A DNA stretch of 64,000 nt from Amoebidium appalachense (Eukaryota > Protista > Ichthyosporea). Shown one piece after another: positions 1 through 26,002 of the stretch (position 1 is the stretch's first letter; each line of letters begins with the position of its first letter). The position numbers were made by a program, and so were the translations under genes. The notes under the pieces were generated by a model. That model saw only the letters and a program-made list of their open reading frames with translations. It did no database searches and was not told the DNA's origin. The stretch spans positions 434,001 through 498,000 of the forward strand of contig CAVNZM010000014.1 of assembly GCA_963693365.1 (NCBI GenBank), in the 5' to 3' direction.

Positions 1-336
1 CATGGAGGTGGTGGCAAACACACTTATAGGTATGACACGGCGAATAATATCCATTAGGCAGACGAGCAATACCAAACAGCTACTGTATAAACAAACCCCC
101 CAGATAGTCGGTATGATGGTTTACTACTAGCAACATAGCCACACGTCTAATAATGTCTGAGAAGAGGGGTGTAGCGTGGGGAGTGGGTGTTTGGGTAGGG
201 GGGGGGGGGGGGGGGGGGGGAAGGGGTGAGTAAGGGGCACGTGGGGGGAGAGGGGGGGGGGGGGGGGGGGGAGGGAGCCTGTGCTAAGTAGAAAGAAGAA
301 GGTAGTGTCTATTTGTGTACGAAGGAAGGGGGCACG

Positions 337-382
<46 letters not shown>

Positions 383-386
383 CTAC

Positions 387-792
387 CCCAAGGCGCCATT
401 CGTAGGACTGAGTCTTCCCAGATGTAAAGACCTTGCGAAGGGCCGTCCGACAATCCTGCAGCACATCTATGTCAGCCACTCACTACATAACACGAAGGAA
501 CGCAAATTCGTTATTCTGTAGCCAAGATGAAAGAAAAGACATGCTCTTTGTGTTTATAACAACAAGTAAACTCCAGTAAAGCGCCAAGCTTCTGCATACG
601 ACACACGATGACAGCACACACCTTCACGTTCTCCTTGGTAACCTTGGTGATTGGGGCGACAGGTGCCGCTGCAGCTACCACGTTAGGAGGCATTTTCGAC
701 CTGTTTCCTATCAGAAAAGCAAACGCTAACGCACACGATGCAGCAATGAGTGCACCTTGCGAGGAGAGATCGAAGGAATAAACATGCTCCAT
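387..792 (-). CDS. ALDH3: Aldehyde dehydrogenase class 3 (fatty aldehyde dehydrogenase-like), first two exons; gene continues off the left edge
   Basis: Exon 792(or 693)-622 M...MPPNVVAAAAPVAPITKVTKENVK|gtgtgt. Exon 455-387 cag|DCRTALRKVFTSGKTQSYEWRLG|gtagcc resembles the ALDH3 N-terminal motif (R..F.SG.T....R..QL). Both junctions are phase 0. Confidence 0.8.
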
Positions 793-1254
793 AGTGTAAT
801 GCCAACGTCAGCAAAAAGCCAACTCAAAGGGGGTTCACATAAACCCCGTGCACAAACACAACTGCAAAAAAGCTTCGTAGAACAAACACTTTCCTATTGG
901 AAAGTCGCTCTGTATGGAGACATTTTATTGGCTTATGAATTGTGGAGGTAATATGATTGGGTTTTGATCATAGGTTGTTGGTTGCCGTCTGCTTGGTGCA
1001 CTGCCCACTTCCTTGGAAACACGCAAGTGTAAGCTCACGCCCATGAAAGCAATGATTCGCACGAGCTCTAAAAAGGGTGCCGTGACCCGTTTCAACTTGA
1101 AAAGCATATGAATTTTGTTTAACAGCTGCGTGAATACAGCAAGAATAAGTGATGTGTACAGTGAATTGTATTATTTTCCAGTTTTCACAGCCAAAACATC
1201 TAGCTCCTGCAATCATTGCATCACTCCGGATCGGTGTTAGGCTGTTAGCATCGA

Positions 1255-1276
1255 TGGCGGGAAATTTAGCCAATCG
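1255..1276. promoter_or_regulatory. E2F-like site (GGCGGGAAA) next to a CCAAT box, upstream of the ALDH3 gene
   Basis: Sequence gatggcgggaaatttagccaatcgg in repeat-free, CpG-containing upstream DNA; motif match only. Confidence 0.35.
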
Positions 1277-1346
1277 GAATCAACTGCAGCTGGCTCATGG
1301 GATCGTATTGCGCAAACGTGTTCAACCCAAGGGCGTACGGTACTAT

Positions 1347-1828
1347 GGGCCTTAGCCTCTATAACTCGCAAATCGATCGGTCCAAAATCCCCCCTTTTTG
1401 AGCGATCGTGGTATGAGAATGGAGCATGATATTTGGGAAATTTCAACGTGGAAAGGGAGCTAATGATGTGCACTTTAAAAGTGCCCGGTTACTTTTTTCT
1501 CTGACAGCAAAAACATGGTGAAAATTTGTGTTGAAAATTAAATTTTTCATATGTAGGCCCAAAATTGGCCGCCCAACCGTAACACATAGAAGGAGGGGTA
1601 TTAGACCCATCAATATGGGGTGCAAAATGCTCAGCTCGCCAAGCCAAGGTCAGTCTCCGGAATCAGATTTTCAAAAAAGTTTTCCGTTCTCGAGATATTA
1701 ACACTTTTCCAATCGGACCCCCCAGCTTGAACCCCCACCATGAAATTTAGTTTGCGACCACTTAGGTGCATCATGTGACCGTGCACTACGGACCCGCGCG
1801 CGCGCGCGCGCGCGTGTGTGTGTGTGTG

Positions 1829-1879
<51 letters not shown>

Positions 1880-1945
1880 TACATGTATGTGTGTGTGTGT
1901 TTGTGTGTGTGTGTGTTTGCGTGTGCGTGTGCACGTGTGTACACT

Positions 1946-1998
<53 letters not shown>

Positions 1999-2014
1999 AC
2001 AATGTCTGTACCAT

Positions 2015-2049
<35 letters not shown>

Positions 2050-2091
2050 ACAATGTCTGTACCATGGTGTGTGTGTGTGTGTGTGTGAGAC

Positions 2092-2149
<58 letters not shown>

Positions 2150-3392
2150 CCTAGGGGGACATGCAACATTGAGGATTCACAAGGGCCGGTGGATTTGCCC
2201 AGTGACCAACTTAATTACTGATGGCCAGAAGGGAATGTGCTGTGTTCGGGTTAATCCCCACTTTGGCACGATTGAGAACAGAGACAGCACCGGGCCCACA
2301 CGGCACACCCAACTTTACTCCCCACCAACCTCCAAGAGGACTTGACTAAACACCCTTGTATTTCTTTGCAGCATAGGCTGCAGCAAGGCCAGTAAGCCCA
2401 CGTGTGTAAGCATCCATAAAACGAAAAGCCCTACGCGCATATTTACGAATCAGAGACACTGGTATGCCATCTAAAGCAGCAGGCACTGCCTCCCGCAGCT
2501 CAGCTATTTTATAAGACACCTTAAGCCTAAGAATACGCTTGGATTCACCCCAATAATACTCTATGTAGTTAAGCTCACAGTGATATTTAGGATAAAATAT
2601 GCATTCATGCCCGGCCTCTTCTATTACCTCTTGCAACCAAGGGTTTTGCTCTGCAAAATCAGGCTGTAGATCTAGAATACGTGTAGAACAACACTTGTCT
2701 GCAGTGCATGGGGGTCTAGGAACCTTATTAATAATGTCCTCTTGGCTACGTGGATCAGGACATTGCATGATCAAACGCGAAACATCATAGCCCCTCTCTT
2801 CCAAAACCTGTTTCATTCCCTTCCCCAGTTTAACATCTCTTTCACCCACAACCCTTTCTTTGCCGTCTGGCCCCTTTTCCTTTACACGTTTATTGTTACA
2901 TGTTTTGCATGTAATCAGCAAGTCACCCCCCTCCTCACTCCCCCTTCCCCACCACGTCTATTTTACATACAATTGCAAACACATGCGGCTTCGCTCGTGC
3001 GTGGTTTGTGTGGAACGTGTTAGGCAGGCCACATGCATACTCGTGTGGGACATCCACAGACACCTCAGAGGCTCCCCTCGACAAACGGTGATTAAACACA
3101 CACAGACACACTCTTCGCACCCAGCTTGAACATAGCCGGCCAGGCAGGCATGGGGCGGGCAGCGAGCCAGGTCATGTCGGGTCGGGTCGGTTCATTTCGG
3201 GTCGGGCCAAGCGATGACCCGACCCGAATTGATTGGGGTCCGAAATTGGCCAAAAAAATTTATTGCGGCAATCGACGCGTCTCGTCGAGCTGGTTCGAGC
3301 CACCGTTTCGGATTTTTTTTTCGATTTTTTTTTTTTTTTTTTTTTTTAATTTTGCGCGAAAAGTTTTTTGCGCGCTATAGAGACTAAGGCCC
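1347..3392. mobile_element. Defective DNA transposon (~2.05 kb) with 26-bp terminal inverted repeats and AT on both flanks
   Basis: Left end gggccttagcctctataactcgcaaa (1347-1372) versus reverse complement of right end (3367-3392) gggccttagtctctatagcgcgcaaa: 23/26 identical. Flanked by AT at 1345-1346 and 3393-3394. Contains a transposase remnant and gggtcgggtcgg/acccgacccg subterminal motifs. Confidence 0.75.
2346..3120 (-). pseudogene. C-terminal remnant of a Tc1/mariner-IS630-like (DDE_3-type) transposase
   Basis: ORF 2921-2346 has KGMKQVLEERG...CCSTRILDLQPDFAEQ...GHECIFYPKYHCELNYIEYYWGESKR...FMDAY, matching the P(K/P)xHCELNxIExxW catalytic-E motif. It starts at TTG, and the upstream ORF (3120-2935) ends in TGA in a different frame. 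Confidence 0.85.
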
Positions 3393-4005
3393 ATGCGAAC
3401 AACTCAATGGGTTCTCCCGCAAAAATCTATTTTTATCTGCCGATGTCGCCAGGATGGAATGCGGGCAACGAAAGAGATACCAAGACGTAGATGGTGAGTA
3501 AATAAATGGGGATCACAGGGAGAGGGAGGGGGGCACGACCATAGCGCAACTATCCTCAGTACCATAGCAATGTGCTTGCCTGGCATATTTCTGTTCCTTG
3601 GCGCTGACAGAAAATGAAGCCTAGCCACATATGGCAAGCGCTGGCCAGTTTCGAAAATAAGAGCTCAGTTGTAGTTTCGAGCGGGTGCCAGCTGTTTGGT
3701 TTGCCACTCAAAGTCAGTGACTCAGACCAACCATACGAGGTACTTACTCCATAACGTTGTATAACAAAGCTTTTCCCCATCAAATTGCCAACGGTGCTAC
3801 TCTTTACATGTGACACACTGTACGAGAATGCTTTGCGCGCTGCTTGCCAGCCAGCTCCAGCCTTTTAATTGGGTGTGCTGAATAAGAAGGCACACGGAGT
3901 AAAACATGACAGTGGCAGGGCACAAGCATTGCTTTGAAGCTGACAATCAGCCCACCCCCGCGTCCGGTTGTGTCGGGTTGGGGTGATAGTTTTTTTTTTG
4001 TTTTT

Positions 4006-4050
<45 letters not shown>

Positions 4051-4077
4051 CGGCCGTAGTGTGTGACGGTGTGCCAC

Positions 4078-4136
<59 letters not shown>

Positions 4137-4143
4137 CGTGTGC

Positions 4144-4197
<54 letters not shown>

Positions 4198-4307
4198 ATG
4201 CCACATGTGTGTGTGTGTACATGTGTGGGTTCGTGTTTCAGAGAGAGAGAGAGAGAAAGAGAGAGAGAGGGAGAGAGAGAGACAGAGTGCGTGTGTGTGC
4301 AATATGC

Positions 4308-4380
<73 letters not shown>

Positions 4381-4447
4381 GGTGGGGTGGGTGGGGGGGG
4401 GGGGGGGGCTCTGATTAACGGAATTTGAATAAGGGTTTGGACAAGCG

Positions 4448-4482
<35 letters not shown>

Positions 4483-4485
4483 GTA

Positions 4486-4530
<45 letters not shown>

Positions 4531-4606
4531 TGTGTGTGTGTGTTCTGCTGGGGTGGGAGGGAGGGGGGGCAGTGGGTAAGTGAGGAGGGACCGGGGGGAA
4601 GAGGGG

Positions 4607-4646
<40 letters not shown>

Positions 4647-4904
4647 AAGAGAGAGAAAGAGAGAGAGTGCTCGTGTGGGGGGGGGGGGTGGGGGGTTAGG
4701 CCCTGGATTGAGGGAGGCTAAGAAACTGAAATATGAATTAAGGGAGTTCGAAAAAAAGGAGGGGGGGCTGGAATGGGGAGAGGGGGGGGGGGGGGGAGTG
4801 GCAGTGCTAGGCAGTGGGTTGGTGAGGGAGGGAGGGAGGGGGGGGGATGTGTGTGTGTTTGGGGGGTGGGGGGGTGCACGGGATCAAGCTGATCAATAAA
4901 ACAT

Positions 4905-6844
<1,940 letters not shown>

Positions 6845-7516
6845 TATATATGTGTGTGTGCACGTGTGTGTAATGCATTCATGTTGGAGTACGTAATTCC
6901 GTGTGCTAGTTAATTGCAAGAGCTTTGAAGTTCACAATTTTTACTTGATTCTGTTTGTTTGCTTACATATGTTCACTTCTCAATTGTGACATGATGCATC
7001 TCTCTCTCTCTCCCTTCGTGCCTTCTCTCTGTGTGCGTCTCTCTTCCTCTTACGCGTGCCCTCCCCCTCCCCCCCCCCCCCCCCCCCCCCCTCTCCCCCC
7101 GTTCTCCGAGGGCCTCTCTCTCTCCCCTGTGTGCACAGCCTCTGCAGAAGAGATATATCTTTGTATGTACTCCATGGGCCCCCTGGCCTGATCGGATGTG
7201 TTGTGCTGTATAACCACGGCCCTCATGGGCAGGCTTCAGTGTCAGAGCCTAGGACCGTGGGATGAAAGCATTATGCCGGACCGTGCGCTGGACTATTGAA
7301 CACATGTTACAATGGAAACGCCCATCTCACGGACACTCAAACAAAATGAAATTACCGCCAACGTCGACATGGGAACGTGCGTGTGTGTAGGTTGTGTAGG
7401 TGAGATTTGTAGGTTGAGTGGGATGGTGTGTACGCATGTGGTGTGGTGTGCGAATACTGATATGTAGGCCCCTTAAGTTGTGTGGTACCGGTGTGGGGGA
7501 CTTTTTTTTTTTTTTT

Positions 7517-7563
<47 letters not shown>

Positions 7564-8002
7564 CACCTAGTATGTCAATTATTAATATTAGAAGTGTATT
7601 GGCTGCTTTTATGATCGCTTTTCCTCATCATTAGAACAACAATACAAATAGTGAGTTGCACCTATGAAGAAAAATCTAGGCTAAATGGAACACGAGGACT
7701 GACCCAGACATTTGATACCCAAAATCGATGGTACGTTTCACCGATTATTTCATGCATTATGTTGTGCACAAAAGTAGTTCATAGCACACTCCAAATTATT
7801 TATAGAGATTAATTTTGGGTCATTCCTGCATCCACCCATAGACAAAAAAAGAAAAAGAAACTTGAAAGAAAAACAAACACACACACCTAAGTAAAACGAT
7901 GTGAAATAAAGTCCTTTAGCCAAACACATGCCATCATGTGTGCGTGTGTGGTCGAGCACGTGTTCACACACGTGTTAATACCCAGCATGCACATTATGCA
8001 CG

Positions 8003-18288
<10,286 letters not shown>

Positions 18289-18777
18289 AGCACCTGTGTT
18301 CAATAAGGGGGTGAGATAACCGTGTGGGTAGAAATCACATGAGCTATTAAGGCGACTATAGGGGTCAGGAAGCGCGTGGAGGAGGAGGAAGGGGGGGGGG
18401 AGGGGGGGGGGGGGGACTGGCAGGCAGCCACACTACACAATCTCACTAGGCAGGTGAACACCCCCTCCCTCTCCCAGTACGAGATTGTGGAGAGAGAGAG
18501 AGACAGGGAGGGGTGAGAGAGAGAGGAGGAGAGAGAGGGAGGGGGGGGGGGAGGGAAGAGAGAGAGGGGGAGAGGGGGGAGGAGGGGGGTGGGGGGGGAG
18601 GTCGGAGGAGGCCGGGTGAGGGAGAGTGAGAGAGAGTGTGCGTATGTGAGAAAGAAGAGAGAGAAGAGAGGGACAGAGAGAGAGGGGAGAGAGAGAGAGA
18701 GAGACAGAGGGGTAGAGAGAGAGGGAGAGAGAGAGAGGGAGAGGAGAGAGATAGGGAGAAGAGAGAGAGAGGGGGGT

Positions 18778-18920
<143 letters not shown>

Positions 18921-18954
18921 AGAGATATAGAGAGGGAGAGAGCGAGTGTGTGAA

Positions 18955-18990
<36 letters not shown>

Positions 18991-19054
18991 CGCGCGCTCG
19001 CGCACGCGCAGATGTGTGGGCATGGGTATGTTCTTTTTTTTTTTTTTTTTTTGT

Positions 19055-19089
<35 letters not shown>

Positions 19090-19531
19090 TGGAGGGAGGG
19101 AGATGGGTGAGAGGTATATATATATATATATATATTGGGGGGGGGGGGGGGGAGGGGGGGAGGGGGGGGGGGGGGAGGGGGGAGGGGGGAGGTCTACGTA
19201 GGGTAAACCATAGTTTAACAGCGTGTGTGGTTTTTTTTGGGTGCAGTGGAGGCAGGATCAGAGGACAGGAAGGTGGAAATCGGTGTGAGAGGAGAGAGGA
19301 AAGGAAGAACGGGAAGGACAGGGGGCCTGGCCCGAAGAAGGAGGAAAGGAGGGATCCAGGGGGGGGGGGGGGGGGGGGGGGGGGGAGGGGGGGGGAGAAG
19401 GCAAGGTGGCGGAGGGAGGGGGGGGGGGGGGAAGGGGGGGGAGGGGGGAGGGGGGGGAGAGGGGGACAGGCAAAGCGGGGTAGAGAGGTGGTGGTGGCGG
19501 CAGCGATGGTGGGTGTATGTGTGTGGTGCCG

Positions 19532-19568
<37 letters not shown>

Positions 19569-21891
19569 CTGTCAGAGTGGGAGAAAGCAGAGCGACGTAC
19601 CGGACGTGCGCAACTGCCTGCGAGGTTATTACAAAAAAAAAAAAAAAAAAAAAAAAAACCCAAAGGATGCGACGAGTCAAAAACTTAAATTGCTAAGCCG
19701 ACAGACTTGAACACTAGAAAATGAACGCAGGGCTACCCTGTATAAAAAGGGTTCGTGCACACACTCTGAAAGTGTGCATGAGACAAACTTCTGTGTGCAT
19801 GCATGCACGTGTGATTTGAACGAGTTCCCCCGTTTTTTCATCGAGTTTGATGAAAATTCAAATTTGGCGCCATCAAGCATTCCTAAGAAGGAGGGTAAAA
19901 GCAATACTTCCTGCACCAGAATGAGACTACGTCACCACATTCGAGAACTGTTCCGGAACAAACAGCCTTAGCACTGGAATACTAGTCATGAACGGAATTT
20001 TTTTTGTATTCAAACAATAGAGTGTTTTCTTAGCTTTTAGGTGTCTTTGTATTATCTTAATAATATATATATATATATTCAATCGGTAGATGATGCCGCC
20101 ACCACAATTGGCGACATGACGTCACAGCATGAATCGCTATGACATCACCACCATTTTGTTTTACCCCCGTCGTAGTCACGGGTTGCATGTTGATGTTCGC
20201 AGGTGCTCGTTCTCTTGCTTTTGTCTTTCTGTCTTTTGCTTAGAGTAAAAACTTGAAACGAACACAGAACGGATAAACGAAATAGAATAGGAAGACATAC
20301 GTATTGGGAAGAGAGAGTTATTGGAAAAACGACAAACGCACCTGGTAAGATACGAGTTCTCATTTAACGAGTGTTTAGTAGCGATGGTGTAGGGTTATTT
20401 CATAGGTGTAGGGATAGCTGTGCCTTTGGAAAAGTTAGAAACAACAACTTACTTTGGATGACACGATCACCTGTTATGCGAGCAAAGAGTAGCGTTTGCG
20501 TAGTTTTTAGCTCATAGGTGTAGGATTTTTTCTTTTGGGATAGGATAAGTTTCATGTAGCTAAAGTAGTTTGCCAGCTGCTATTCTTTGGAGACCTTCCA
20601 CACCTTCCTCTAGGTCGCCTTGCTTCTAAGGAAACAACAACACCACAATTGCTATCTAACAGTTTCCACCCTTCGTGTTACATAGACTTGTGGAAATTGG
20701 CGATTATTTGGTTAAGCTACAATCCGCTGTAAGGAGCTGTGCCACCTTGTCGGCTGTTTTCTTTGACTGTCGCATTCTTCTGGACCGTAGGTAAGCGCTA
20801 CAACAAAAATGGGAGGGTTGTCGCTGATGAACCTTTGGGTCGGATCGCAACGGAGACGCTACCTACGGGGCTGTTATCTCTCTTGTGGTTGCTCCGTGAT
20901 ACCGAACGGTTGAGCGGTTCTTCGTTTTTGTAAGGTTATGCATGTAAACGTTTACGTTGGGAGATGATGACAAGCTGCCTTGCTTCGGTGGTATGCGTAT
21001 ACCGTGGAGTTTACAGCGAGGGAATTGGAAGGAGACACGTGGTTTCAGTGCAAGCGGATGGAGTGGATGTCAAGCAAGCAGTCCTTTTTGTGTTCGGATC
21101 GGTGTGGTTTACCAAAACCGTTAATCGGTTGCATCGGCACGTCGTTGTTTCGTTTTGTAATAGTTTTCTTTGGGCACGACACGTAGCGGTTGCATGGAGC
21201 AGTGCTTGTGGAAACTTATTCCGAAAGGAGCCCGTGGTCAACAACGGGGGTGCTCGTGCCGTTACTGCCGTTTTCCTCTCACTGCCTCCCCCCTCTGTTA
21301 GTCGAGCTGTTAGTCGAGCTGAGTGAGCTGTTAGTCGGGCTGAGTGATGTTTGCACTTGCTTTGTTTTACTTGGGCTACTGCACGTTATAAGAGACATAC
21401 AAACCTATATCTTAGGACATCTCCTTCATGTGCTTTGCGTTTGAAATAGAGCCCACGTTGCAGAAGTATAGAATATGTACTCATACGAGACTAGGTGTAG
21501 TAATAGTGCTTTACGTCGTTTCTATTGATACCGAATTGTTTAGTGTGCTTCCAGTTATACATACTGAATGTACCAAATACCCCTTTCTACTGCCACTTCA
21601 TATGTGCCCCCTCCTATCTTCCCATCCTTGTGTTTCGTTTTCCATTGTTTGTTTTGCTTTCGTTTTTTTTCTTTTTTTTTTTTTTGTGCAGTGTTTGTTT
21701 ATACCAACAGGCTCAAGTCCAGCTGGTGGAGGGGCAGTCTTCGTTCCTTCTTCTGGTAAGTTACTTGGCTGTGTGTGTGGGCTGAGGTGCATGTGGATTG
21801 CCTGCCAATTAGTGCCTGTATTTTGTATGTCGAAGAGGTGTGTTGGATTTATTCTTGTGCTGACCTGTTGTGTACATTCAACAGAGCAACC

Positions 21892-22623
21892 ATGGGTCAC
21901 CGAGGCGAGGACTGTGTTCACTTCTTGAAGGGCCAATGCAGTTGGGTGAGTCTCCACAACCTTTTTTCTTGAGTTGCTCGAACCTACAACTTGTTAAGTT
22001 ATTCTATACCCTAACACACAACACTGGCACCTTTACCAGCTCTCACGCCCGCCTCGCACCCGTGTGCCTAGGCTTTTTGAAAAGGGTCGTTTTTTGGGTA
22101 GAAGGACCGTTGTCGCTTTCGCGCCTGCCTTACTTTGTATGGAGAGGCATGTGTAGTTTACTTTCCTTCACTGTTTATTGGTGTAACGCAGCAGCACCGT
22201 TCTTTTTCTTGCTTCTCACCCTTTTGTTTGTTCCAGGGTGACAGCTGCAACTTCAGGCACGTGGAGGCAGCAAGGGCAGCTACCACCACCTGCCCGGCCT
22301 GGCTGGCCCGCAACTGTTTTGCTGACCACTGCCCCCTGCTGCACCCAAAGCCAGCCGAAAAGGTAAATAACTGCTTCTATTACAGTGCTCACAAAGCGTT
22401 TTTGCTTAGTGAAGGGTCTGGGTATGTCTTTTGAGTTCATATGGAGGGTAGGTTTCTGACCATGTGTCTGTGCAGATGCATCAAGGGCAACGAGGCAGTT
22501 TTGGGTCGGCCCACCCCACGCACGGGCCTGAGGGCCAACCCCTGTGCAAGTATCAGTTTCAGGGTGGCTGCAAGCGCATGGCCACCTGCACCTTCTACCA
22601 CCTGCCCCCCGGTAGGTTACTCC

Positions 22624-22654
<31 letters not shown>

Positions 22655-23791
22655 CTCATTTTTTGCTGTGTGCACGCGAATACGTGCATCATACTCTCGT
22701 TTTTTGTCTTTCTGGTTTTATTCATCCTGTCGTACGTGGTAACAAAAGTGGAAATGTATGTCTGACAACGCCACAGTGTTTCTCAGTGTATTCTCTTTTC
22801 ATGCCCGTTGTGTCGCACCAAGTGTGTATTCTCTTGACATACTATTTGTGTTGTACCTTGCATGTTTGTATGCATGTACTGTTTACATTTGTGATGTGTC
22901 CTTTTTTTTCCCCCTTTGTGTCTGTTAAGTGCCTGCTGACCCCACCCGTTACCAGGTGCCATGATGGGCAACGACAGACCACATGGGCCCTTGGGCATGC
23001 CGCCAATGGGTGGCCCAATGCCGCCGATGGAGGGGCCCATGGCACCGATGGGTGGGCCCATGCCACCCCATTCAAACTCCAACGGCTATCCTCCCTTTGG
23101 CCCCCGTCCCGGCTTCATGCCCAGGCCAGACTTCCACCCACATGATGCGCCCTTCAACCCCAACAACAACTTCAACAACTTCAAGGGGCCGCGCGGTGAC
23201 GGGTTTGGCCCGCGACCCGCCGGCCCGTTTAGGCCGTACGACGGGTTTGGGCCTCAGGGTGGGTGCACATCGGTGCCCATGTCGGCACCCATGCGGCCGA
23301 TGGGTAGAAATATATATGTGCGCCCGGATTTTGCTGGCCCTGTTCCCGTTCCAAGCCAGCCACCTCTGCCTCCCGTGCAGCAGCAACCGCCCATGCATCA
23401 TCAGCATCAAGAGCAGGAGTTGCAGAAGCCAGCTGTCAGTGAAGTTACACAGCAAGTAGCAATAACACCCAGCCCCAAGCCCGTGTCACCCACCACTGTG
23501 ACAGCACATGGGCGTACCAGCACACCAAGCAGATCACCCACACCGAGTGTGGAGAGCACGGAGCAGGAGGAGGAGGAAACAAGGCAGCCCCGATTTGTGG
23601 TGGTGCTGGATGGTGATGAGGACAGTGCACCCACCCCACAGCCCAAGACGAGCAGAAATAGGAAGGGTATGTGCCCACCCTCATGCATGTGTGAACATAC
23701 GAGCATTTTGCTGAATGATATGCCCATTTGGCATGGTATTGTTGGCGGCATGCAGGGGCTCGCACACGTGCGCTTGTCCCTCCTCCCCCCC

Positions 23792-23847
<56 letters not shown>

Positions 23848-24869
23848 ACACGAGATACACACGTCATATGGCCGACCTGCACACCTCACGTTTGTGGCTT
23901 GAAACGAAGGGTCTGACTTTAGCATACTCCACAAGCTACTAGTGGAGAAATGAAAAGAGGTTTGAAGGGGTTTTCTTTTAGGCCGATTTATAACGCTTCT
24001 CAGGTCAGACCTAAATACTGTTTAATGCGCAACTTGTCAATTATAACGGGTAAATGACATTCGGGTTCGACCCGACCCGCCCGGTTTCCTACAAGAAGCC
24101 TCCTTTAATGTAGCAATGTAACTCACCCGTCTGCCCCTCCACACCAGGTCCTCGCCGTTCCAGTGCCGGCATTGCCGCACGTTCTGTCAAGGAGGTGCTG
24201 GCAAACAGCCCCCCAAAGGCCCATATAAACCCCCCCAGCAAGAAGAAGACACCCAGCCCCCCGGCACCACAACCAGCCACCCGTTTTACCGGTCGTCTGG
24301 GCGCCGCCACCACCACCACCGCTCCTGCCCCCAAGCACAGCACCAAGCAGCCCACCCACGTCACCCCTACTGTGGCGTCTAAGCCCCCGGCACCAAAGCC
24401 TGCCCCGGCCAAGACACAACCAGCCAAGGTCACCCCAGCCAAGGGGGCAGCAAGCAACATTAAGCGGCCGAGCCCACCCCGTGACTCTCTGGAAGGTGTT
24501 AAGGTTAAAACTCTGGCCGAGTTATTGGCTGAGAAGAGGGCACAGCAACAGACATCGCCCCCACAGCAACTTGCACCCGCTCCCGCACCTGTGAAAGTGC
24601 ACACAGAGACAAATATTAGTGCTGCGACAAAGCGCAGTGCGGAGACAAAGGATGAGCTGGCGGTTAAGCGGACATGCACGGAAGAAAACAAAACGCCGAC
24701 AGTTGGGGAGGAGGAGACGCCGTTTGTGAGCGACGAGTTGGAGTATGGGGATGAGGATGCGTATGATTTGACCGAGGAAGATATGGCTATGTTCGAGGGG
24801 GAGGGGGTGAAGGCGGCAGAGGAGGTGCCGGAGTGGCAGGCGCACTTGGATTATATTCTGTCGCTGTAG
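21892..24869 (+). CDS. ZC3H11A: ZC3H11A-like triple CCCH zinc-finger protein, ~582 aa, 5 coding exons
   Basis: Exons 21892-21945, 22237-22362, 22476-22611, 22956-23666, 24148-24869. N-terminus MGHRGEDCVHFLKGQCSWGDSCNFRHVEAARAATTTCPAWLARNCFADHCPLLH resembles ZC3H11A (GEDC.FF....C..GDSC.FRH.EAA). A third finger CKYQFQGGCKRMATCTFYH and a VKTLAELLAEKR motif follow. Confidence 0.85.
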
Positions 24870-25068
24870 AGTCAAAATTTTGTAGTTAAAATTTTAGTTT
24901 TAGCGTTTGGTGGATGCGTGTAGGTAGATAGACACCTGGAAATGGTGCGTAGGTGAAGTTTGAATGATATTTTATGAAGGTGCAGTGCGAATGGGGAACA
25001 AAACAAGAAATGGAATGAAAAAAGAAAACATAAACGGATGCTTTTTATATTTTTTGGGTGTCACTGAA

Positions 25069-25165
<97 letters not shown>

Positions 25166-25967
25166 AAACCCAAAGGAGAAGAAAGAAAAAAGGAATAGAG
25201 AAGAAAAAAAATGAAAAAGAAGATAGGTAGTTAAAAAATAATGAGAGAGAAAAATAGATACAGTAGTTTTTTCACGAGTGTTAACATAATTAAACAGTAG
25301 CATTTAGAGTTTAAAAAAGCAACCAATCATGCTCAACCCCAGTGGTAAGGTGAAAGCCCACTAAATTCTTTCAATTATATCTTGTTAATTCTAGTGGAGA
25401 GTGAAGACTCTAAGAAACCAAATGTTGCTATGCAGTTGGCCATGTAAATATAAATATTGAAGCCGTCGGAGCTATTCAGCTGAACATAAGTATGGTTTAT
25501 GCCTCAAAGTACGAGGCAAGTAAATATGTCAATTATACTTGGGAACTGCCCGTACATATGCCGCGGATTAGCGTTTCTAGTGACTATTTGTTGATGACTG
25601 TGACTGTGTGTGTGTGTGTACACATGTGTGCGTATGCGCATGTGTGTGTGTTTTTTTTTGTTTTTTCTTTTTCTTTCTTTCTTTCTTTTTTTTTTTTTTT
25701 TTTTTTTTTCCGTGGTGGTGGTGTTGGCCGGTGTGTGTGTGCCAAGTTTGTGTGTGTGTGTGTGGGGAGAGGGGGGGAGGCCTGGGGCCGGGGAGGGAGG
25801 GCAACCACTATTAATGATGGGGATTTGGAGGGCCAAGGACACCGTGTTTGTTTTGTGTGAACGTGTGTGTGTATATGTGTGTACATGTGTGTATGTGTTT
25901 GTATGTGTTTTTGTGCATAATGGGTGTGTGAGTGTGTGGGTGGTGGTCACACGTGGCATGGCATTAA

Positions 25968-26002
<35 letters not shown>

